This document shows positions 9,079 to 18,713 of a stretch of 64,000 bases of DNA, piece by piece (positions within the stretch are counted from its first letter, which is position 1; each line of letters begins with the position of its first letter). This DNA is from Myxococcota bacterium (GTDB lineage Bacteria; Myxococcota_A; UBA796; UBA2385). A program made the position numbers and the translations under genes. The stretch spans positions 1 through 64,000 of the forward strand of contig JBIJDH010000009.1 of assembly GCA_044344255.1 (NCBI GenBank), in the 5' to 3' direction. The notes beneath the pieces were generated by a model. It worked only from the letters and a program-made list of their open reading frames with translations. It made no database searches and was not told the origin of the DNA.

Positions 9079-10545
9079 TCAGGGCGCTGAGGCGACCCCG
9101 CCCAACCCAAAACGAGCTCCGGCCGCCAGCCAGGCGGTCTGAACGCGGCCCGGATCGTAGGTGCTGCCGTCCTCTCGCGCGCGGTCCACGCCGAAGCCGT
9201 GGGTGTAGCCGCCGCTGATCTCGAGCGGTCCCGGCAACGGCAGATGCCCACGGACCCCCACCCCCAGGTGGTAGGGGAAGAGCCAGCCTGCGGTGAGCTG
9301 CACCGGCGCGATCCCCGCGAGCACATGAGGGTAGAGCCGGAGCCGGGTATCGGTGGCTTCGGACCCCACCGGCAGGGTGTGATGCTCCCCAAGGGGGAGT
9401 GCGGCATCGACGCCTCCGCCCATCCAAAGCGGGCCCAGCCGAAGCTCGGCCTCGGCGAGCAGCAGCGGCGCGGTGGCGTTCACCGTCGCGATGGTCTCGG
9501 GCGCGCCCTGGTCCTGGTTCCCCAAGAGGAAATTGCCGTCATAGAACCAGCCGGCGCCGACGCCCACCCGCAGCCCGAGCCGCTCCTTCGTGGGGGCCCC
9601 GGAGGTGGGATCGACGAAGACGGCAGCGCTGCCCTCGAGGGTGAAGCGGTGCGGCTGCTTCCGCCCCGGCGTCATCAGCAGCACCGGCGCCTCGAGGGCG
9701 CCCAGGCGACCGACCACCGGCGCGGCGAGGGGCAGGCTGCGCGGTCGCTCCGCGAGCGGCCCGGCGAGGGCGCGCAGCTCAGCGGCGGTCGCGAGGTAAG
9801 GCAGTCTCCCCACCTGCCCGGAGCGCAGATCGAGCTCGGCGCGGACCCGGATCACCCCGCTGCTGTCGATGATCACGACCCGATGGTGGCCGGGAGGCAC
9901 CTGCATGCGATCTACTGTCGCGACGCGGCCATCCACCCACAAGGCGCTCCCCTCTGGCAGGCCGTCGGCGACGATCGTCGCCTCGGGGGCCAGCAGGTGG
10001 CGGGCCCGGGCCTCTTGAAAGGCGAGGAGCTCCGCTTGATCGGGGATCTCGGCCGTCGTAGGAATCCGGTCGGGATCCAGGGCCACGGCGTCGAGCCAGG
10101 CGGCGATCTCTACCGTTGGGCCGCCCGGCTTCGCTCCTCCGCCGGCGGCGCCATCCCCGAGCTCGACCCGATAGGGCGCGGCCGCCGCCTCTGTGGCGAT
10201 GCCCGACTGAAAGTACCGATGCACCGCGTAGCCTTCAAAGAGCAGCGCCTCCCAGAGGACCTCGCGGTCTTCGGGGCGGATGGCGTGGACATCCGCCACG
10301 GCGCTCTGCAGGCGGCGCATGATCTGCAGCTCGCCGTCAAAGACGTCCTTGAGCGGCAAAGTGGCCCGCAGCTCGGAGCGGAGGGCCTCGACCGCGCGGC
10401 TGTCGGCGACAGACCATGCCATGTCCGGGGCGACGTCCTCCGGGGTGGCGAGGGTGTAGCCAGGGGTGAAGGACGGATCAGGCGTGCCGGAGAGCCACAC
10501 CGCCGTACCGCCGGCGAAGGCCTGGGCGACCAGGAGGAGGGTCAT
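9079..10545 (-). CDS. Exported hypothetical protein with PEGA-like domain and C-terminal beta-rich region
   Basis: Signal-like N-terminus; GLPEGSALWVDGR..VPPGHHRV; ATGA overlap with upstream kinase stop. Confidence 0.6.
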   Translation of the reverse strand: MTLLLVAQAFAGGTAVWLSGTPDPSFTPGYTLATPEDVAPDMAWSVADSRAVEALRSELRATLPLKDVFDGELQIMRRLQSAVADVHAIRPEDREVLWEALLFEGYAVHRYFQSGIATEAAAAPYRVELGDGAAGGGAKPGGPTVEIAAWLDAVALDPDRIPTTAEIPDQAELLAFQEARARHLLAPEATIVADGLPEGSALWVDGRVATVDRMQVPPGHHRVVIIDSSGVIRVRAELDLRSGQVGRLPYLATAAELRALAGPLAERPRSLPLAAPVVGRLGALEAPVLLMTPGRKQPHRFTLEGSAAVFVDPTSGAPTKERLGLRVGVGAGWFYDGNFLLGNQDQGAPETIATVNATAPLLLAEAELRLGPLWMGGGVDAALPLGEHHTLPVGSEATDTRLRLYPHVLAGIAPVQLTAGWLFPYHLGVGVRGHLPLPGPLEISGGYTHGFGVDRAREDGSTYDPGRVQTAWLAAGARFGLGGVASAP

Positions 10546-12287
10546 TGACACTGGAGCTGATCTCCTTGCAGGGCGCAGGTGAGCCCGCCGGGGCGGTCGA
10601 CCGACACGGCGGCGGTGCGAGGGACACCGTCGATGGTCGCGCGAACAGTGCAGGCGCCGACCGGGACGTCCCGGAGATAGGCCGAAGTGGAGCCCGACCC
10701 CGAGATCGCACCACAGGAGGCCGAGACCGCGGTCGCAGACTCGACCACGAACTTGACGCCCCGCACGGTCGAGGTCGCGGCCTCCGGTGCGGTCGTGGTC
10801 GCTGCGCCGCCCGCGCTCGCGCCCGCGGAGGTCGAGGCGGTGGAGTCAGAAGTGGTCGTCTTGACCGGCATCTTCTTCTCGGCACCTCTCTCCGCCCCCT
10901 GCTCCGGGGCCCGCGGGTCCGCTGCAGGGGGCGGTTCGGCGAGAGGCGGCGCGACGGTGGTCGCCGAGGCGGCGGTGGTCGGGACCGCAGGCAGGGGCTC
11001 GGCGGGCAGCGAAGGGCTCGGAGCGGGTGTCACCGGCTCCGTGACGGCCACCGATGGGGTGGAGGCCCCGTCCCCCCGGAGGGACGGCCAAAGCAGCCGG
11101 AGCCCGATCCCCACCACCGCCAGGGCCACGACTCCGCCGACGATCCAGCCGGCGGGCCCGCGAGAGGTGGGTGGCAACGTGTCGGAAGAAGGCGGGTGCA
11201 GGGGCCGCGGGGCGGCGGTGATGAGGGAGTCGGTGGAGGCGACGAGCGTAGGGCTGTGGACCTGCCGACCGGGCCCCGAGTCGAGCCCCGCGGTGCCTCC
11301 GGACGTGCGGGCCGCGCCGCTCACGTCGGTCACGTCCTCGTTGAGGATGTCCTGAAGCAAGCGACCCTCCGTCCCTGAGGGATCGGCCATCCGCGGCAAG
11401 AAGGATCGGCAGAAGGTGCGGAGGTCATCGCCCTCCGAGCCCCGGATCAGGCGGCGCACCCGATCGATCACTTGGGGAGCCGTCGGTCGATCCTCAGCCT
11501 CATACGAGAGCATGTCCCGTAGCAGGGACTGGAGACCTCCCCTACACTCGGGGCGTCGCTCCACGAGGGCTTCGACCGCCTCCCGCACCTGGACGTCGGC
11601 CTTCTCCGGTGAGAGCTCGACCCGACCGAAGGGCCGGACCGCGAGGAGCTCGTAGGCGACACAGCCGAGCGCGAAGATGTCACCGGCTGGCGTCTCGGCG
11701 TCTCCAAGGAGGCGCTCCGGGGACATGTACCCGATCGATCCATAGCGGACCCGCTCAGTCTTCGCCTCGCGGCCCTCGAAGCTCGCCCGAGCGATGCCAA
11801 AGTCGAGGACCTTCACCTCGCCGTCCAGCGTGAAGCGGATGTTGGACGGCTTGATGTCGCGGTGTACGACGTGTAGGGCCGGACCATCGTCGCTGGCGCT
11901 GTGGTAGGCGGCGTCGAGGGCGGTCGCCACCGCGCCGATCACCTCGAGGACGGCGTGCAGGGGCATGTCCTCACCCGCCGCCCGCAGGTACACCAGGAAG
12001 CGCTCGGCGTCGGCGCCGGAGATGTGCTCCATCACCACGGCCCAGCGCCCGTCGATCTGCACAAGATCGTCAACCTGGACGATGTTTCGATGACGGAGGC
12101 GACCGAGCAGGCGAGCCTCATCTCGAAGTCGTCGACCGGCGTCGCTCCCACCACCCCACTGGGGATGAAGGAGCTTCAAGGCGACCGGCTTGCGGAACCC
12201 GCCGAGGGACACCATGTCGGCGAGGTACACCGTGCCGAAGGACCCGGTGCCCAGCTCTCGCCGCAACTCGAAGCGGCGGCCGCTCAT
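10542..12287 (-). CDS. Membrane Ser/Thr protein kinase (Hanks type)
   Basis: GTGSFG, VALK, HRDIKPSN, DFG, GYMSPE; TM helix, Pro/Thr/Ala linker, small Cys-containing C-terminal domain. Confidence 0.92.
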   Translation of the reverse strand: MSGRRFELRRELGTGSFGTVYLADMVSLGGFRKPVALKLLHPQWGGGSDAGRRLRDEARLLGRLRHRNIVQVDDLVQIDGRWAVVMEHISGADAERFLVYLRAAGEDMPLHAVLEVIGAVATALDAAYHSASDDGPALHVVHRDIKPSNIRFTLDGEVKVLDFGIARASFEGREAKTERVRYGSIGYMSPERLLGDAETPAGDIFALGCVAYELLAVRPFGRVELSPEKADVQVREAVEALVERRPECRGGLQSLLRDMLSYEAEDRPTAPQVIDRVRRLIRGSEGDDLRTFCRSFLPRMADPSGTEGRLLQDILNEDVTDVSGAARTSGGTAGLDSGPGRQVHSPTLVASTDSLITAAPRPLHPPSSDTLPPTSRGPAGWIVGGVVALAVVGIGLRLLWPSLRGDGASTPSVAVTEPVTPAPSPSLPAEPLPAVPTTAASATTVAPPLAEPPPAADPRAPEQGAERGAEKKMPVKTTTSDSTASTSAGASAGGAATTTAPEAATSTVRGVKFVVESATAVSASCGAISGSGSTSAYLRDVPVGACTVRATIDGVPRTAAVSVDRPGGLTCALQGDQLQCQ

Positions 12288-12375
12288 ACTCGATCCCCCT
12301 GGTCTGGCCAGGGTCGGTCGCCGCGGATGAGCCGTCGGCGGCGGAGGCGGCCTCCGCGCGAGGAGAGGAGCGTGT

Positions 12376-12948
12376 TCATCGCAAGTACTCACCGACAGAT
12401 CCCGAACCCGAGCCCGCTCCACCGCCGACACAGTCCGCCTCGTCGACCACGAACTCGGCGGTGGCGCTCACGTCGATCTCGGTGTGGTCGTTCTCGGCCA
12501 GCACCGCGTTGATGATCACCGGCCCCTCCGCGCCCGCGCCCATGTCCCAGGCGTACCAACTGGACGCGGTGGCCGCCTTGTACTCGTTGTTCACGTACAA
12601 GTGCCAATGGCCGGTTCCCGCCTGATTTTCCGGCATGTCGGTGAAGTCCACCACGTCGACACCACCGATGGCCACCACCACGATGAAGCTCGGACAGACG
12701 TTGATGTCGGTGCGAGTCTCCGGGAAGAGGATCTGAATCGAGGGCTCATCATCGGGGCCGCCGGTGTCCGCGGGGAGGGGAGGCGGGGCGCAGGCGACCG
12801 CCCCGGCCGAAGCCATCGCCCAGCCAGCGGAGCGCAGGGGGCCCGCAGAGGATCGTCGGCGGGGGCGTTCCGGAGGCTCGGCGCCAGGAGGATGAGGGCG
12901 GGCCGGGACCAGACACCAAGCGAGGACGGATGCGAGCAAGGGCGACAT
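12376..12948 (-). CDS. Hypothetical exported/lipoprotein with GHWHLY motif; start uncertain
   Basis: Coding-like composition; GAVAC lipobox-like segment; His motifs GHWH and NDH. Confidence 0.55.
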   Translation of the reverse strand: MSPLLASVLAWCLVPARPHPPGAEPPERPRRRSSAGPLRSAGWAMASAGAVACAPPPLPADTGGPDDEPSIQILFPETRTDINVCPSFIVVVAIGGVDVVDFTDMPENQAGTGHWHLYVNNEYKAATASSWYAWDMGAGAEGPVIINAVLAENDHTEIDVSATAEFVVDEADCVGGGAGSGSGSVGEYLR

Positions 12949-13238
12949 GGGGTGAGCATACTCCAAGCCGGTGAGCGGGGCCGGTGAGTAAAGCTGGGGA
13001 GCGGGCGGGGCATAGCACGCGCGGATGAGCGTGCTATGAGCGCCCTCCGCTGGGTGGCCCGCGGGTACGTTCGCTCCGGACCGACGGTCCAGGGCGAGCC
13101 CTGAGGCCGCTCTGCGAGTCGGGGTCCTCGCGCTCCGCGAAGAGCGACGGCGACCGCCCTCTCCGCGCCCCCTTCCAGCTCTCCATACGACGGCCTGCGC
13201 GGGGTGGATCACCCGTCCCGGCTGGCCACGAGGTCCCC

Positions 13239-13736
13239 ATGAGCCTGTTGAAGTCGATTCTCTTTGGACGCGAGGATGGAATTCGCGCATCGATCCGCCG
13301 CCGGATCTTCGGGGGCGCAGCGAAGGGCGCGGGCTCCAAGGGCACAGCGGCCGTGGCCCCCGATCACGAGCCCCGCCCCGCCGAGGCAGCGCTCGGCCTC
13401 AAGCCGGAGGCCCCGAAGGACGTGACTCCCCCTCAAGGGTACGAGGTCGTCCTCCACAAAGATGCATTGAAAGCCGGTAAAGTCACCGAGATCATCATCG
13501 CGGGCAAGGCCATCGCGGTGGCCAACGTGGGGGGCACCTTCCACGCCTGCACGAACGCCTGCCCCCACGCCGACGGCCCGCTCGGGGAGGGCACCCTGGA
13601 GGGCAGCACGCTCACTTGCCCGTACCACGGCTGGCAGTTTGACCTCCATGACGGCACCTGCTCGACAAACGCCGCCGTCAAGCTCCCTCTCTACGACGTG
13701 CAGGTCGTCGGTGACGCGGTCTGCGTGAAGATCTGA
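13239..13736 (+). CDS. Rieske [2Fe-2S] ferredoxin with N-terminal extension
   Basis: CPHADGPL and CPYHGWQF Rieske motifs; GAGG before ATG. Confidence 0.92.
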   Translation: MSLLKSILFGREDGIRASIRRRIFGGAAKGAGSKGTAAVAPDHEPRPAEAALGLKPEAPKDVTPPQGYEVVLHKDALKAGKVTEIIIAGKAIAVANVGGTFHACTNACPHADGPLGEGTLEGSTLTCPYHGWQFDLHDGTCSTNAAVKLPLYDVQVVGDAVCVKI

Positions 13737-13750
13737 GCGGAGCAGTGGGG

Positions 13751-13778
13751 CGCCCGCCGACGCTCAGCTCGGCGGGCG
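13751..13778 (+). terminator. GC hairpin after Rieske gene, possible terminator
   Basis: CGCCCGCCGA-8 nt-TCGGCGGGCG perfect 10 bp inverted repeat; no adjacent U-tract. Confidence 0.4.
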
Positions 13779-13855
13779 TCGCCGTGTGCTCTCTTTGAAG
13801 TGCTCGCATCGAGCGCTGGGTTGGTCTACAGTCCTGTCGAGCGGCAGGAGTCGGG

Positions 13856-15070
13856 TTGACGCGGAGCGGTCCGGATGCGGTGAGCGGCGAGGAGCCTCGT
13901 CAGGCGCGGGGTGGCCCGCACCCCGTACCTTCCATGGCAGCCTCGATCGCAGCAGACACCGAGACCGCGATCTCCGAGCTCCAACGTCGGCTTCCAGCGC
14001 AAGACCTCGGGCTCGTGTTCGTCTTCTTCTCCTGTCGCCATCGCGCCGAGGAGGTAGCGCGCCTCGCCCGGGCCGCTTGGCCCGACGCCGTCACGCTCGG
14101 CTGCAGCACGGCCGGTGAGCTTGGCCCGCTGGGCATGAGCCGCGGGGGGATGAGCGCGTTCGCCCTGTCCCACCCCGTACGAGCCGCCCTGAGCTGGCTC
14201 CCCGATCTCGATAACTTCAGCTTCGAGGCGGGGAGGGGGTTGGTCCGACAGCTCGCTCACCGCCTCGGGGTCGGCGTCGAGGGCCTGCGGGCGGACCGCC
14301 ACGCCTTCATCACCCTCACGGACGGCCTCTCCACGCAGAGCGAGCGCCTCGTAGCGGCGATCGGGGACGCGGCGCCGACGATCCCCCTCGTCGGGGGTAG
14401 CGCGGCGGACGATCGCGCCCTCCGAGAGACCTGGACCTTCGCGGACGGAGTGGCGGGGGTCGGCTCCGCCGCCGTCCTGCTCCTGGAGCCTGGCTTGCCC
14501 TTCGTCCCCTTCGCGGTGCACCACTTCACGACGACCGAGCGTCGGATGGTGGTCACCGGAGTGGAGTCGAGCGGGCGAGTGGTCCATGAGATCGACGGTT
14601 GGCCCGCCGCGCAGGTGTGGGCCGACCTCAACGGCGTCGCCCTCTCCGACCTCGACCGCGGCGCCGTCCTCCCGAGCGCCCTCCCTCGTCACTTCGCGCT
14701 GTCTGTGGCGGGCAAGCTCTACATCCGCGGGGTGTTGGCGGTTCGCGGCCATGAGCTCGTGCTCGGCGGCGCTGTGGAGGAGGGTATGGTCCTCCACGAA
14801 GCGGTGGCCGACCACATCCTGGAGCGAACACGGGTCGGACTCGAGCAAGCGCTCGCCCCGCTCGGCGGCGAAATCGCAGGTTTGCTGCTGTTCAACTGTG
14901 TTGGTCGCCTCGATCAGGCGCAAGCCCATGACATCGAGGATGCGCTCTGGCGCGCCATGTCCTTCGTACCTGCGGCGGGCTTTCATACCTACGGCGAACA
15001 GTTTGGTCCGCTGCAAGTGAACTATACGCTCACAGGCCTCGCCTTCGGCGGTGGTGTGCGCCGTGCATGA
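13856..15070 (+). CDS. FIST signal transduction protein; start uncertain (ATG 13934 possible)
   Basis: GCSTAGE, LTDGLS, VGGSAAD, FNCVGR, GFHTYGEQ..NYTLT. Confidence 0.88.
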   Translation: MTRSGPDAVSGEEPRQARGGPHPVPSMAASIAADTETAISELQRRLPAQDLGLVFVFFSCRHRAEEVARLARAAWPDAVTLGCSTAGELGPLGMSRGGMSAFALSHPVRAALSWLPDLDNFSFEAGRGLVRQLAHRLGVGVEGLRADRHAFITLTDGLSTQSERLVAAIGDAAPTIPLVGGSAADDRALRETWTFADGVAGVGSAAVLLLEPGLPFVPFAVHHFTTTERRMVVTGVESSGRVVHEIDGWPAAQVWADLNGVALSDLDRGAVLPSALPRHFALSVAGKLYIRGVLAVRGHELVLGGAVEEGMVLHEAVADHILERTRVGLEQALAPLGGEIAGLLLFNCVGRLDQAQAHDIEDALWRAMSFVPAAGFHTYGEQFGPLQVNYTLTGLAFGGGVRRA

Positions 15071-16712
15071 GGCCCCGTCCACCGCCGAAGACGATGAAGG
15101 GCACGAGGAGACCGTGGTGCCCGGTGTGTCCGTGGACGCTCGGGTTGCCCGGCTCGAGGCAGAGCTGGCTGCCGCCCGCCGCACCATCGACGTCCTCGTG
15201 CGACGGGTCGAGCGGCCGAGCGCCGGGCTCAGCCCGGATCGGTTTGCCCTCCAGAGGGTCATCGCCTCCCTCGAGAGCACGGTGATCGCCCGCACCCGCG
15301 CCCTCGAGGACTCCGAAGCGCACTACCGCATCCTGTTCGAGAACAGCCCCGACGCCATCCTCACCCTCGATCGCCAGTGCCACATCCTCACGTGTAACGG
15401 GACCGCCGAACGCGCCTTCGGCCGCTCCCGTTCGGAGCTCGCTGGGGCGCCGATCTCCGCCCTGCTCGACCCCTCCAGCGGCGCCGCGCTCATCGGGCTC
15501 CTCTGGGCCGGTCACACCGGCGTCGGTGACTCCGACGTCGGGCTGCCGGACGGTCGGCGGATGTCCTTCTCCGTCACTCACCTCGACGCAGACCACCTCC
15601 TGCTGGTCTTTCGCAACGTCACCCAGGCCCATCGGCTCGAGAACGAGCTCATCCAGGCCCGTCGCCTGATCAGCGCCGGCCGGCTCGCGGCCCGCCTCGC
15701 CCACGACATCAACACGCCGCTCTCGGTGCTGCTCGGCCGCCTCGAGCTGCTCGAGGCGACCCCACAGAGCGAGGGCACGCTTCGTCAGCTCGGCGTGATG
15801 AAGGACCACTGCGGTCGTATCGCCGGCCTCGTGCGAAACCTGCAGACCTTTGCGCTGCAGAGCCCGCCCCGGCGTCAATGGTTGGTCATGCACGAGGAGC
15901 TGCAGCGGACGCTGACCTCGATCGGGCGTCGCCTCGATCGAGTCAAGATCAAGCTCGAAATCGAGCCGCACGATCTGCGCATCCACGCCGATCGCGCCCA
16001 GCTCGCCCAGCTCTTGAGCAACCTGCTCTGCCACGCCGCCGAGATGAGCCCCGCCGGCGCGGTCGTGCGCGTCCGGGCCACGGACGCCGGCTCTGGCGGT
16101 GCTTGCCTCGTGGTGGAGGACAGCGGCACGAACCTGAACGCCACGGTGCTGTCTCAGCTCCAGGCACCCGACATCGACAGCCGCCAGCCCGACCCTTCAC
16201 TCGGCCTCTCCATCGCCATCGCCTGGACCATCGCCCAGGACCACGGCGGGCGGCTCACGGCAGAGCCTCGCCGTCCGTCGGGCACCGCCTACCGCTGTGT
16301 CATCCCGAGCGGCGAGGGCCCCGTCCCCGAGCTGCCGAGAGAAGGAGAGCGGCGCCCCCGCTCCATCCTGATCGTCGACGACGACGAGCTCCTCTGCGAG
16401 ACCGTGCTCTTGATGCTCTCCGGGGAGGGCAATCGTATCGAGGCCGTCCACTCCGCCGAGGAGGCCCTGGTCTCTCTCAAGCGGCGCAGCTTCGACGTCG
16501 TGCTCACCGACATTCGACTGCCCGGCATGGATGGGGAAGCCTTAGCGGATCGTATCGAGGCCTGGTGGCCGGAGCTCTCGAGCCGCACCATCCTCTGCAG
16601 CGGGGCAGTGCTGCACCCTCGGCGCTCCAATCCCTACCTGCAGAAGCCCTTCACGGGTGACCAGCTTCGCGGCCTCATCCAACGCATCAGCACCCCGACC
16701 TGCCCCCGTTGA
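15051..16712 (+). CDS. Hybrid sensor histidine kinase (coiled coil-PAS-HisKA-HATPase-REC)
   Basis: LFENSPDAI (PAS), AHDINTPL (H-box), ILIVDDD/TDIRLPGMDG/QKPF (receiver). Confidence 0.88.
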   Translation: MVCAVHEAPSTAEDDEGHEETVVPGVSVDARVARLEAELAAARRTIDVLVRRVERPSAGLSPDRFALQRVIASLESTVIARTRALEDSEAHYRILFENSPDAILTLDRQCHILTCNGTAERAFGRSRSELAGAPISALLDPSSGAALIGLLWAGHTGVGDSDVGLPDGRRMSFSVTHLDADHLLLVFRNVTQAHRLENELIQARRLISAGRLAARLAHDINTPLSVLLGRLELLEATPQSEGTLRQLGVMKDHCGRIAGLVRNLQTFALQSPPRRQWLVMHEELQRTLTSIGRRLDRVKIKLEIEPHDLRIHADRAQLAQLLSNLLCHAAEMSPAGAVVRVRATDAGSGGACLVVEDSGTNLNATVLSQLQAPDIDSRQPDPSLGLSIAIAWTIAQDHGGRLTAEPRRPSGTAYRCVIPSGEGPVPELPREGERRPRSILIVDDDELLCETVLLMLSGEGNRIEAVHSAEEALVSLKRRSFDVVLTDIRLPGMDGEALADRIEAWWPELSSRTILCSGAVLHPRRSNPYLQKPFTGDQLRGLIQRISTPTCPR

Positions 16713-16807
16713 GGAGCCGGTCAGGGTGCCGGTGGCGGTGTAAAAGGCGCGCCCGGGGAGGAGCGAGCACGAGGGCTCGACCTCTGGCGGATCAGCGCCT
16801 TCGCTGC

Positions 16808-17044
16808 TCAGTAGTTCGCGAGATCGATCCCAGCTTCCGCGGCGAACACTTCAAGGGGCTTGAAGCGAAGGGTGCGGAGGGCGCGGGTCGAGAGGCGGAT
16901 GGTCACGAAGCGGCTCTCCTTCTCGAACCAGATGCGACGCTTCTGGAGATTCGGGAGCTGGCGCTTCTTCGTCTTGACGTTGGAGTGGGAGACCTGGTTC
17001 GCCACATTGGGGCGCTTCCCGGTGAAGATACATCGGCGGGCCAT
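16808..17044 (-). CDS. rpmB: 50S ribosomal protein L28
   Basis: MARRCIFTGKRP..VSHSNVKTKKRQLPNLQ; GGAGG upstream. Confidence 0.97.
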   Translation of the reverse strand: MARRCIFTGKRPNVANQVSHSNVKTKKRQLPNLQKRRIWFEKESRFVTIRLSTRALRTLRFKPLEVFAAEAGIDLANY

Positions 17045-17355
17045 GATCAACCTCCGACAGTGCGGCTGCGCGGGCAGCGGCAGGGGCGTCGAGAAATGGG
17101 GGAGAAGGGGAGATACGTGCGAGATGGGAAGTGGACCCGGAGGCCCCCAACCCTGTGGGGTGACAGCAGCTCGGAGACCCGAAAGGGAGCTCCAAAGGGT
17201 TCGCTGAACACACCACCCGCGGGCCGCCTGCCCTACCCTGGGAGGCCACGGCCGGCAAGGCCTCACCCCGCCGCCGCCATTGCACGCGCTCGTCTTCCCC
17301 TGCCACGATCACCCGCCACGGAATATCCTCCGAGACCCCGGAGCCAGGAGGACAG

Positions 17356-18087
17356 GTGCCCCGCATCGGACCGTACGTGCTGATGACGTTGGCGGGCATC
17401 ATGCTGCTCTTGGCGATCACGCCCGCCCTTCGTGAGCCTCTCCTCGAGTTGGGCGGGCTCCGCGCCGCCGAGGCCAGCGGAGCCTTCCGGTCCTTCGCCT
17501 TCTTCGTACCCGTCGGCTGCGGGCTGATGATCTTCGGCGTGAGCTGGTTGTGGCGGATCGGGCGGCTGGAGCGAGGGTGGTTCGCCTTCCGGGACGCGCT
17601 CACCCCCCTCGCGGAGCGTGGCCGCGGTCAGGTCCGGCTCGACTACCCCCACCACATCCGCCTCGAGGTCCCGGGTTCCACCGGCGTGTCCTACCTCTTC
17701 GAGGTGGTACCACAGGGACGGGTCGGCGTCTGGGGCACCGCCGGTCGGGAGGCCCGAACGCCACTCGCTGTGGTGCCAGACGACCAGCTCGGCTTCGCCG
17801 CGAAGTGGCCGATCGTGCTTTCCGGCCGCGGCTGGTCGCTGCGCAGCCCCCGCCCCGAGCGAATGCTCCGGCTCTCCGAGGACGCGCCCCTCCAAGCCGC
17901 TCTGGACCTGCTCTTCCGGTCTCCGGGCCTGGTGTTGATCCGGCACGACGAGCGCGGGATCCAACTTCAGCGAGCGCTCGTCGAGGCCGACTTCCTCCCC
18001 CGGGAGGTCGAGCGGTCGGTTGAGGTCTTCGAGCACCTCATTCGATTGAACGGCGCGAATCCCTTGGGCGGCCCCACCGGCGGATGA
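17356..18087 (+). CDS. Hypothetical membrane protein
   Basis: AGGAGG before GTG; two N-terminal hydrophobic helices; coding-like codon use. Confidence 0.6.
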   Translation: MPRIGPYVLMTLAGIMLLLAITPALREPLLELGGLRAAEASGAFRSFAFFVPVGCGLMIFGVSWLWRIGRLERGWFAFRDALTPLAERGRGQVRLDYPHHIRLEVPGSTGVSYLFEVVPQGRVGVWGTAGREARTPLAVVPDDQLGFAAKWPIVLSGRGWSLRSPRPERMLRLSEDAPLQAALDLLFRSPGLVLIRHDERGIQLQRALVEADFLPREVERSVEVFEHLIRLNGANPLGGPTGG

Positions 18088-18154
18088 GCCTGCTGCTCAC
18101 GACCACCGCCCCGCCCCAGGGGCCCGCGACCGCCAGCCGCCAGGGACCGCGCGA

Positions 18155-18370
18155 TCAGATCGTGAAGTCGATGATGACCATCCCGCGCTCGCCGTCTTCC
18201 GGCTCCTCCCCGCCACGAGAAGGACCGTCGGGGTTTGGATCCTCGTAGTCCGGGCGGTGACGGGGCATGTCAGGCGGCGGACGGGGAACCTCGATCCGGA
18301 GCGGAATTCGCACCGACTCGCGGGACTCGCGCTCGCGCCTGATCCGGTCGATGATGTAGGCGTCGAGCAT
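18155..18370 (-). CDS. Small hypothetical protein (71 aa, MLDAYIIDRIRRERE...RGMVIIDFTI)
   Basis: GGAG upstream of ATG; promoter-like element upstream; ordered termini with Pro/acidic centre. Confidence 0.7.
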   Translation of the reverse strand: MLDAYIIDRIRRERESRESVRIPLRIEVPRPPPDMPRHRPDYEDPNPDGPSRGGEEPEDGERGMVIIDFTI

Positions 18371-18403
18371 GTCGACTCCGGTCTCCTGACGTTTCCACCC
18401 TTC

Positions 18404-18431
18404 ACTATAGCACCCGACGCCGGACCCGCAA
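18404..18431 (-). promoter_or_regulatory. Sigma70-type promoter for the small protein gene
   Basis: Minus strand TTGCGG-16 nt-TATAGT with extended -10 TG. Confidence 0.5.
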
Positions 18432-18590
18432 ATCAGACCCGCGTCGGGCCTGCGAGGGGAGTGGGGGGCCTGAGACTCGAAGGGAGACGGGTTCATGACT
18501 TCTCCTCTCGGGGGGGACGGACTGTAGTGGACGAAGCGCCACAAGCTCGGCACCCCGCGTTTGGCTACCCAGGAGACGGGCGGGCCGGGG
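18420..18590 (+). ncRNA. ssrS: Candidate 6S RNA (rod-like structured intergenic RNA)
   Basis: ~170 nt intergenic; CCGGACCCGC pairs with GCGGGCCGG; inner arm GGGAGACGGGTT..CTTCTCC pairs with GGACGAAG..AGCTCGGCACCCC around a central bulge; identity and strand inferred. Confidence 0.45.
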
Positions 18591-18713
18591 GACTTCATTC
18601 ATCGCACCCCCTCTGCGCTCGGCGCCATTCGCCGATGGGTGCTCCACCTGCATCCGTCCACACCGCGCTCTCCCCCGGTTTGCGGACAAATCGGACCAGC
18701 GGCGGTCGCCGGG

